Shown here piece after piece: positions 5,024 to 14,000 of a stretch of DNA of 18,587 bases. Source of the DNA: an uncultured archaeon (GTDB taxonomy: Archaea > Asgardarchaeota > Thorarchaeia > Thorarchaeales > Thorarchaeaceae); assembly GCA_964458565.1 (NCBI GenBank), contig CAYWJO010000059.1, forward strand, positions 1-18,587, given 5' to 3'. The notes below the pieces were generated by a model, which made no database searches, had not been told where the DNA came from, and saw only the letters and a program-made list of their open reading frames with translations. The number at the start of each line of letters is the position of its first letter. Position 1 is the stretch's first letter. The position numbers and the translations under genes are program-made.

Positions 5024-7867
5024 TCATCCACCTCGTTTCTTCATTACGATTATGACTATAATGATTAGTCCTGCACCAGCTACAATCAGTATGATTATGA
5101 TTACAGTATTATCAACAGGACCACCTGTTGGTGTACTAGTGGATGTTGAACTAGTCGGTTCTGATGTTGGAGCTATCGAAGGTGTTGTCGTTGTGGGAGA
5201 TGAAACTGTGGTTGTAGTTGAGGGATAGACGCGTATTCTGATGCTATAGTCTCGTATGTTGCCAAAGCTGTCTTCAACAGAAACACTAAGTCCATAATCC
5301 CCAAGTTCCAATATTGTATTATTGGTTAGGAGACCTGTCAGAGTAATGTCAAAATTCGTTGTATCGTTCACATACCAGCCACCAATTCCAGAAGGATCTG
5401 ATGCAGATAGCTGTTGACTGAACGGTTCTCCTGGTCTGAGAAGCTCATCTGTTGGTCCTATAATCCAATCAGGAGCAATATGGTCTTCAATTGTGACATT
5501 GATATAATCATCAGCCCTGTAAGCTACATGATCTCTGACTGTTAATTGAAATTCATAGGTACCTACTGCTAAACCCGAGATGCTCACAAAGATTGGAGAG
5601 CCATCCCAGACCTGAGTATTGATTATCGCACTATCGCGTTTTACCTGATAATCACCAGGTGCGTAACTATGAGCAGTCCAATAGAAGCCACCCTCAGGTC
5701 CTTGAATCTCAAAAACCAAGTTACCGGGATCCTCGATTGTGGGCCGCATGATGTAAGCAATTTCATTCAACCAAAGTTCATAATTGTCAGAGTATGTTGA
5801 ATCATCAGTATCATCATAGTACTGTGAAATACTGAACATATTACAGATAGCCTGACCATTTGCACATTCTATGATTGCAGACATATTTTCTCCTTGACTA
5901 GGTGAAATTCCAGCAAGTGCAGTTGCATTTTCGTATAGCATAACAGAGGTCCAATCTGTTACGTAGTAATTTAGGGCAGAATCGATATAATCAGTTCCGA
6001 AATCGACAGGGCGCTTAAACAGAGTGTGGTAGATTTCCCAGAAATAAACCGGGGGTGGACCATCAGTGATTCGTGCCTCTGGACCTCTTCCATTAAATCC
6101 AAGATAACCCCATAAAGGATAATCTTCAGAAAGGTATCCATCTGGAAAACGAAAAGCAAGGTCTCTCATAAGAAGTTTACCACCATTTTCAAGATGCTCA
6201 ATCAGGACAGGTTGTGTAGGAGTCGGTGATACTGAATTTGCATCATAGATTATCAAATCCCAATCCTGTAAATTCAGACTTAGATTGAAGTACAATGCTC
6301 TAAATGTAAGCATAAAATCTAAACCCAAATCATTCAAAGCCAATGCAATTGGAGACTTGTAATAATTGTAAGGGGTAGCGGGATAATCATGATAGACCAA
6401 AATTCTAGTTTGGGATGTAGTTAACCAATTAGCGACATTCACTAGGAATCGATAATTGTCATCTAATACGATCCATGACTCAAGCAGTGAATTAGCATCA
6501 GGGACAACGATAATTCGCCCTTCTCCTAATTCAGATGCAGCGACAGCAATGTCTGTTGAAGTGTAATTCCAGATTGGGTATGCATTGCCAGATATATTTA
6601 GATTGCAGGATACAGCATAGTAAAGGTCAGTGCAATCCTCAGTTGTTGGATGCATTTCGAAATTGGAAAAAGTGCCGATCTCCGCAGGAAGTGTGTGATT
6701 AAACTGAATTCCATAAGGACTTATGAGTTCATTTAATCGGTAGTTGTCAGGAACACCTACACCATCTCCAACCACAAAGAGCCCACCTCCATTCTGCACC
6801 CAATCTTCAACCGCTTGTATCTCTTGAGTTGTGAAACTCACACCAGGTTGATTGACAACTAACATATCATACGGTGCGAGATTCTCCGCTGTATAGTTAC
6901 CTTCTGTTGAGGGATGTAGTTTGTCAATAGTGAAGGCACGTGAAACCAATGCATCTCTCCATGGTGATAGATAGACCAAATTGGGTGAATCCTCCCAAGG
7001 GTCGGTTGGAACCCAAGGTGTGTGTGAAAGGTCATACAGAATCCTTGCTTTTGGTCGTGGCGCTAACCAATCAACTGCATCATTGATAATCGGTTCAAGA
7101 TCTGGAATATACTCATCATTTAGATCATCACCTATAGTGACTACTCTTCCACCTCTATCACTTGGATCATAGGCAAGGAGGGGTGCTCTCTCACCAAAAA
7201 CAGGTGACTTCCCAACCATGGTTATATCATCAGCAATTGATGTAGTTTGCAATGTTGTATAATTCCACGCAAATGTTCCAAGCGGTAGGTCTATTATATA
7301 GTTTAATGGGTACTCCTGTGCAATTGGATGCCTTGCTGTAATATTTATGTCATCTGAGAAATAACGCCAATATGTGTCGTATCCACCTGAGCCTTCTGAT
7401 TCAGGAGGCAATATTCCGAATGAACAAAGGAAACCAGAAGATCCATCAAAACTGAGCAGCCCCCCACCACCAAGCCAAAAGTCCATAATTCGATACACAA
7501 TCTTCTCACGTGGCTGATTATCTATCAAACAAAATACATCGTAGTCAGCTGTCTTCAATTCGTAATTGTAGATATCATTAACATCCAGTAGAGTTACCTG
7601 ATATCCATATCCTTCAAGGACATCTCTTAGACCAGTTGCATTGTTGTGGGGAATACCTGGATATGTTTGATATACTGGGGGCGTTATATTTGACTCATCA
7701 TATATCGCTACTCGAATGTTTCGAGGCACATATTCCGATTCGGTCATTTTAGATTCTGTAATATCAAGGATTTGTTTCGAATCGTTATCCGAATTTATTG
7801 CTGGAACAAAAAACAGTCCAGAAATAAAAAACACAAAAAGACATAGGACGTGCATTCTTTTCTTCAT
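5024..7867 (-). CDS. Cell-surface protein with three tandem class-I GATase-like domains (middle one DUF4350/GIFT-like), Ig-like stalk, S/T/P linker and C-terminal TM anchor
   Basis: Signal peptide. Three units begin RVAIYD / RILYDLSH / RILVYHD, each with [YW]D..(hydrophobic) and [WL]..GG.L motifs. The middle unit has LAPYDMLVV..P..SFTTQEIQAVEDWVQNGGGLFVVGD...GEGRIIVVPD...N.RFLVNVANWL. Many NxS/T sequons. TM followed by KKRGG. SD GAGGAG upstream. Confidence 0.85.
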   Translation of the reverse strand: MKKRMHVLCLFVFFISGLFFVPAINSDNDSKQILDITESKMTESEYVPRNIRVAIYDESNITPPVYQTYPGIPHNNATGLRDVLEGYGYQVTLLDVNDIYNYELKTADYDVFCLIDNQPREKIVYRIMDFWLGGGGLLSFDGSSGFLCSFGILPPESEGSGGYDTYWRYFSDDINITARHPIAQEYPLNYIIDLPLGTFAWNYTTLQTTSIADDITMVGKSPVFGERAPLLAYDPSDRGGRVVTIGDDLNDEYIPDLEPIINDAVDWLAPRPKARILYDLSHTPWVPTDPWEDSPNLVYLSPWRDALVSRAFTIDKLHPSTEGNYTAENLAPYDMLVVNQPGVSFTTQEIQAVEDWVQNGGGLFVVGDGVGVPDNYRLNELISPYGIQFNHTLPAEIGTFSNFEMHPTTEDCTDLYYAVSCNLNISGNAYPIWNYTSTDIAVAASELGEGRIIVVPDANSLLESWIVLDDNYRFLVNVANWLTTSQTRILVYHDYPATPYNYYKSPIALALNDLGLDFMLTFRALYFNLSLNLQDWDLIIYDANSVSPTPTQPVLIEHLENGGKLLMRDLAFRFPDGYLSEDYPLWGYLGFNGRGPEARITDGPPPVYFWEIYHTLFKRPVDFGTDYIDSALNYYVTDWTSVMLYENATALAGISPSQGENMSAIIECANGQAICNMFSISQYYDDTDDSTYSDNYELWLNEIAYIMRPTIEDPGNLVFEIQGPEGGFYWTAHSYAPGDYQVKRDSAIINTQVWDGSPIFVSISGLAVGTYEFQLTVRDHVAYRADDYINVTIEDHIAPDWIIGPTDELLRPGEPFSQQLSASDPSGIGGWYVNDTTNFDITLTGLLTNNTILELGDYGLSVSVEDSFGNIRDYSIRIRVYPSTTTTVSSPTTTTPSIAPTSEPTSSTSTSTPTGGPVDNTVIIIILIVAGAGLIIIVIIVMKKRGG

Positions 7868-7893
7868 GCTAACTCTCCTCAGCGAAAGGCTAT

Positions 7894-7928
7894 CTTTGGT
7901 ATGAAAGATGCTTTCATTCGTTCCAAAG
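7894..7928. promoter_or_regulatory. Inverted repeat upstream of 5024..7867 (operator or 5'-UTR hairpin)
   Basis: ATGAAAG-atg-CTTTCAT (7901-7917), flanked by CTTTGG(7894-7899)/CCAAAG(7923-7928), 27-61 nt upstream of the start codon. Confidence 0.4.
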
Positions 7929-8058
7929 CGAACTTTGACTATTTAGATTGAGTGCTTTTTTTCTTTGTGGTTCCCATTTTCATTGAAGGTCATTTATTCA
8001 ATCAAGGACATCTCTTTGAGAATAAACGAGATTTGCATATACCGGGACGTACGTTTGT

Positions 8059-11000
8059 TTATTGATTTCTCTTCCTCCTATATGTAAGAACTATAACAAG
8101 ACCCAATGAGATTGGTAGAGCAATCAGAGATACTGATGCTATGATATCCGAAATTTTGGTTTCCAATCCAGCAGTTTCTGCAGGTGGTGGTGGAGACGAG
8201 GGATTTTGTTCATCTGATAATACATACAAATGAGATCCACTATATGCTGCTATATCCATGGTGTCCTTTGAACTCACCCCATCAAAGTATCCAACTACAG
8301 GTTCCCGTATGGAGCCATTTCTCACATAATGCCATAACAAATCTCCAGTATGTCCATCTATGACATTCAGATATTCATAATTGGTAAAGACAAGGTCAGT
8401 ATGTCCATCCTTATTCATATCACCAAATGTACAGGTCGAGTAATATGACCATGGCTCGTACAATGGATAGCTCAATTGAGCATTATACTGCCAAACCATA
8501 GTAGCTGTATCATCGTAGCCGCGTACCCCATAGTATCTGAGGTTCATCACTAGTTCATCAATACCATCATTAAGATACAAATCTGTCGCATAGACCGCTC
8601 GTATGGATGCACCTGGAGCTACGGAGTACATCTGGTCTTCAACAGCAGGATGACAGTCCATAACTCTAACTTGCGATCCCGCTCTGAGCGCAAAATCCTC
8701 GTAGCTATCGCCATTAAAGTAACCTGCATCAATCTCATCTATGTCAGTAAACATATTGTATTCCCATACATATGCACCAGTTGCGCCATTGTAAACACGA
8801 GCTATGTTTTCATCTCCGCCAAAGACGGCATCTAAATATGAAGTACCTCTGAAATGCCCAACAGCAAGTTGATTGTGATCATCTGTTGAATTCACACTTG
8901 ATATGTAACGTAAAGTATCAGCGCTATACCAAGCGAGATAAGCCTGATTCCCAAAGGGTTTTTCGAAGAGGACAACTATCTCATCACCAATGAAGAGACC
9001 ATTGAAGTTGCCTATGTAATAATCAACAACGACAAATCCTGTTGGTGCATAGATATAACCGAGCTTTGCAAGGGATTCGCCCTCGACTAATCCTATTGTG
9101 TTTCCATCAATACGGAATCCAAAATCAGTATTTCCCGAATTATCAATATCGCCAAATCTAACCATATCCATCTGGTCACCTGCAGATATCGGGTGAATCA
9201 GTGTTCCCGTATAGGTATCCCATAAGCCAATTACATCATCACTATATCTCACGAGTACTTCATCAAACCCATCATGATCAAGATCAGATGCCCAAATACC
9301 TTGAATCGTATCGCCAATATCTTCATCCCAATATGGAATATGTGGAAGGTATTGAGGTTCTATTGATGGAGCTGAAAATTCAAGGCCTTCAAAAGCGTCC
9401 AGATAGGATGATGTAGGTTCTATCGGATAGTACCAATATAGTGTAAGAACTGAGTCCTCTCCATCATCATCAAAATCTGCAGCACTCAGAAGACCCAGAT
9501 TATCTTGGATGAAATTAACCCATAGAGGAAGTCCACTTTTACCATCTAGTGTGACCAACTCAGTACTATTCACATTTATTGCAATGTCCATACGTCCAGT
9601 ACCACCAAAATAGCCTGACGTTGCACTAACATGAAATAGATCATATGAGTCAGGTGTGATAATCTCAGCATTGTAGTGCCACTGTGTTCTTAGAGTACCT
9701 ACTTCAACTAGGTATGCTCCACCGTCCTTGGTAAGAATGAAAACTTCTGCAGTATTGTCACCATCAAAATCATCTATGATGAAGTCCATCAATCTCGCAT
9801 TTACTGTAGAGTTATAGATGATAGTTCCTGATACAGCTTCAGCTATTCGAACCATGTTATTATTGCCGAATATAACATCATCAAAGCCATCGAGATTGAA
9901 GTCGTATGCTTCCATCGGCTGCCTACCAAAACTATGACCCACAACATCATTTGGTGACTCATAGAGAAGGGTTCCATCTAAGGGATTGATGATTTTCACT
10001 GCGTAGGTTCCATTTGCATAAGCCACGCCAAGTATCGGGTCATCTGTGAAGTCACCAACAGCCAAACCCCAAATATTCCCTGCGTCTACTGTTTCACTGT
10101 GCCATAGGGCACCTGTGCTGTTGACCACCCAAATCACGCCATCTTCAGTTCCAACGATTATTTCCTTTAGATTATTACCATCAATATCTCCGATATCAAG
10201 GTCCGCGATATCACTACTGAAGACTGTACAATTCCAAAGCAGTTGACCATCCGATGCATTATAGGTCAATAGAAATTGTTCACCCCATTGAACACAGACT
10301 ATCTCTTGTTGACCATCTCCATCTAGATCTGATAACTTGAGGGAGAATAAAGTTGTATCGTGAGTGACATTCCATCCAATGCTTCCATCATCGTCTATCA
10401 TGTAAAGATTCATTCGCGGTGATCCTGTCAATACAGAGAGTACAACCTCATCCTTGGAATCACCATCAACATCTCCACTATCCATAACATAGCCAAATAC
10501 ACCGCCATAGAGATGGAGTGTAGATGTTTTCTCCGATGTTTTGAATCCACTCGCACCATGTGATGGGTCTCTATATTCCCAGATGAATACCTCACCTCGT
10601 TCACATGACACTCCTATTTCTTCCCAGCCATTATTATCAGAATCATACACTGTTAGTCCTGTTATGTCATAGATGAACGGATCAGAGAGATACACTTCCT
10701 CATATGTCATATATCCAGAACCATTAGTAGAATGTACCATTTCATAAACTGCCATCGTTGAATCATAAGAAACAATCACTTCGCGCCGCCCATCAGAATC
10801 CGTATCACCCACGACTAAGTTCGAAACATCACGAAGGTGGTTATTGACCCAGGCATTTGATGGATTGTATCCCCAGAAAATATCAGGATTTGGTGAACCT
10901 ATGAAGTCAAAGATGTTGAAAGCCTGTAAATATAGGAATCCTGTATCTAGATGACCAAGCACACTAGGTGAATAGGTCATAGGCCCCCTGTAGGGCATTC

Positions 11001-14000
11001 CTCCAATATCATAGTAAAAGAGACCAGGGAATCCTGGAAAATCGAGCCTATCCAGATAGTCAGGGTATGTATTGAGGTAGTTCTGATCACTCCACGTTGA
11101 ACCATTATCAACACTAGCAACCATTCCAGTTCGTTTCTCAAATGGGGCGCCTCCTACTTCATATGCCACAATGATTGGATATCCATCACTCCTCAAGTAG
11201 TCTACATCAGGATATATTTCATCATAGTAGGAGTCAGTTGCTCTATGAGGGATGCTATTATTGAAGTTGAAAGAAGCGTTGGTATGTAATGACCAGATAT
11301 CGTAGTCACCCTTGCTTGTCATCGTATTTATTGCAGACATCGCTATTTCGAAGTCGCCATTTGGCATCCGGATAATAGATGCCTTTTGTATATCGAAGTA
11401 ATCCCAACCTGGAAATGTTAGGAGATATGGACCACTTCTCTCAGAGAGGTCCTCTTTCATGAGGTAATAATATGCCTCTGAGGTGTCGATATCATTTTTA
11501 ACGTACATAATTCCAATGTGTGTAGTATTGTAAGCGAACACCTGTGGATGATTTCTACTACCAGAACTTTCAGTGTTGTTCCTCACCCATACAGGGTCAC
11601 TAAACCACATATCACCAGTACCCAGTCGAGAAATCCAAAAGTCATTCTGACCCCAATCTCGTTCTGCTTTCCATGTTAGCCAAATTGCATTATCGTTACT
11701 AGTTATTGATGGTTGTGCTTCAGATACAACTGTGACATCATTATAATCTCCAGATACCGTTAGACTACTGAATGGAATTAATGGTAATGAGCTGACTTGA
11801 AGCGATGTTGTGTTAATGCCCTTCATATAGAGCTGCTCATTATTCACTAGAACCATTAGGGCTACTTCACTCTGGGCACCAATAGAATAAGTCATATCAT
11901 TAGCACAACGATTAGTAAAAGTCAACGTATCAATTCCGGGATATAGAATAGATTCAAGTTCAATATTCGGATAGCTTGGTGAAGATGTGACTTTTGCCGC
12001 ATTGATGTAGTCCTCTGCAAGGTTGTCCCATTCCATGATATCGAATCCCTTCGTATGACCTATTATGATTTCTAGATTCGAATCATAATCTTGGTCGTCT
12101 ATCAGAACTACACTCACAGGATTCAGTGTGACAATATCAGGTGGTGCTTCCCATACCTTCTGGAAGGTTCCTCCCCAACACTCATAGATGTATACAAATC
12201 CATCCTGCCTGCTAACTCTAGTATCATAGGTCCCACCTAGTATTATCTCAGGGTGACTATCTCTATCTGTATCTCCAACTGCTAGACTCTTGATTTCAGC
12301 TCCCTGATATGGGTCTGCTCCCTCAGGATTTCCAAGGAGATAGTAACGGCCATCTACATCGCCAGTTCTTCCAAAGTAGTCATTCAGCTCCAGTCCATCG
12401 AAGGAGTCTACTTCGATATTAAAGACGAATAGAAACGGTCCTACGGCTACCACAAGATCTCTCCGACCATCACTGTCCATATCAATACCAGCCTCTAGAG
12501 CAGTTATCTCTGTCACTTCCTCCCACGCATTTGATTCCTCATTCAGATATCCAAGGTCTCTGAGGTCAAAAGAGTAAGCGAGTTGTATTGTGTCATCGAT
12601 TCCTGTCGCTTCATAGATGTAAATCTGTAAATCACTAGCAATAATTAACTCAGCTAAACCGTCCTGATCAAGATCTGTACCAGTCAAAAGATGCTTTGCG
12701 TGGTCCCAAATCCGTCTGTTGAATTCACCTGAGATACCTTCAAGCTGTTGGTAGGCATACGGACTGGAGTCACTGACTTCGGTGTGATTAAGATCATAGG
12801 ACCGGAACATCCTCTTATAGGTCGCATTTGAGAGGTGTTCGAAAGCATATACATTGTTATCGTAGTCACCGACAATGATTTCACCCCTTCCATCACCATC
12901 TAGGTCTCCGGATGATATTGTCAGAGTCCAGTTTTCTAAATCAAAATCTGTATTCCATGATTCATGCATATGATATCCCAGATTCCTGAAGGATTCACCC
13001 TTCATTAGGCAGAAGTCTAATCTTAATACTCGTGGATAAGTCGCTACCAGAAAAGTATCAATCGCATCATAGTGAGAGAGTGCCCATCTAAGAGTTCCAG
13101 TATCTTCATGATAGGCAGCAAGTGAGAAATCTCCAGTCAATTCAATATCTTCACTCTCTGCAATATTTTGGAGCGTATATCCACCGGTATTGGGAACAAG
13201 TCTGATGTCTTTTAGCTTCAACAGAGTCATTGCTGTATCAGTATCAGGATTATTGAAGATGCGTCGATCTTCTTTCCAGATTGGTAAACCTGAAGTGCCC
13301 TTGTTTAGGAAACATGTAGCACCATACTTATTATCATAGTTTAGAATTAGGTCCAAGATTCCATCGCCGTTGATATCTACGAATTGTGGTTGTCCCCAGA
13401 GGACACTTCCAGTATTCAGATTGATCTCGTCGAAATATCCCGTTTCAAGCTGAAATAGCTGTGCATCTGTTTCACTGAACATATTCTTAGCTAAGTATAC
13501 AAAACCATTAGATAATACCATGTCTAGGTCTCCATCATTATCATAGTCAGCAAAACTCACTCTAGGAGTAGCTTGCGACATTGAGAGTAGTTGAGTAATC
13601 TCCCCAGTCCAGTCAAAGGATCTGATGGAACCAAGCTCCATGAAGTCTTCAAACGGAGTGTTGCGATAATAGAATATGAGGTTAGACCTACTACTCCATG
13701 CTGTTGGGTCTGCATATCTTCCATCTGGACTATAGCCACCAACGGCGACCATTGGCATTAGACCTTGAGGAGTTTCTGGCCAGAGATTCACAATTTCCGC
13801 AGATGTAAAGTCATGTGCTGAGAGTGTTGCTGACAACCTCCCAGTCATGGAGAAATCAGTTTCTCCTGAAACATCAAGAGCAGTTACAATGCTAGCATCG
13901 GTTCCTACTAGATAATATGGTTGACCATTTCCACCTTTTGATACTGGACTGGGAACACCATAAGACCATGAGTTGTATCCTCCGATATGGGGATTTATGT

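Noticed and set aside
5971-7904. Short ORFs 5971..6159, 6981..7172, 7716..7904
   Set aside because: All overlap the 947-aa gene in another frame or strand and have no independent signals.
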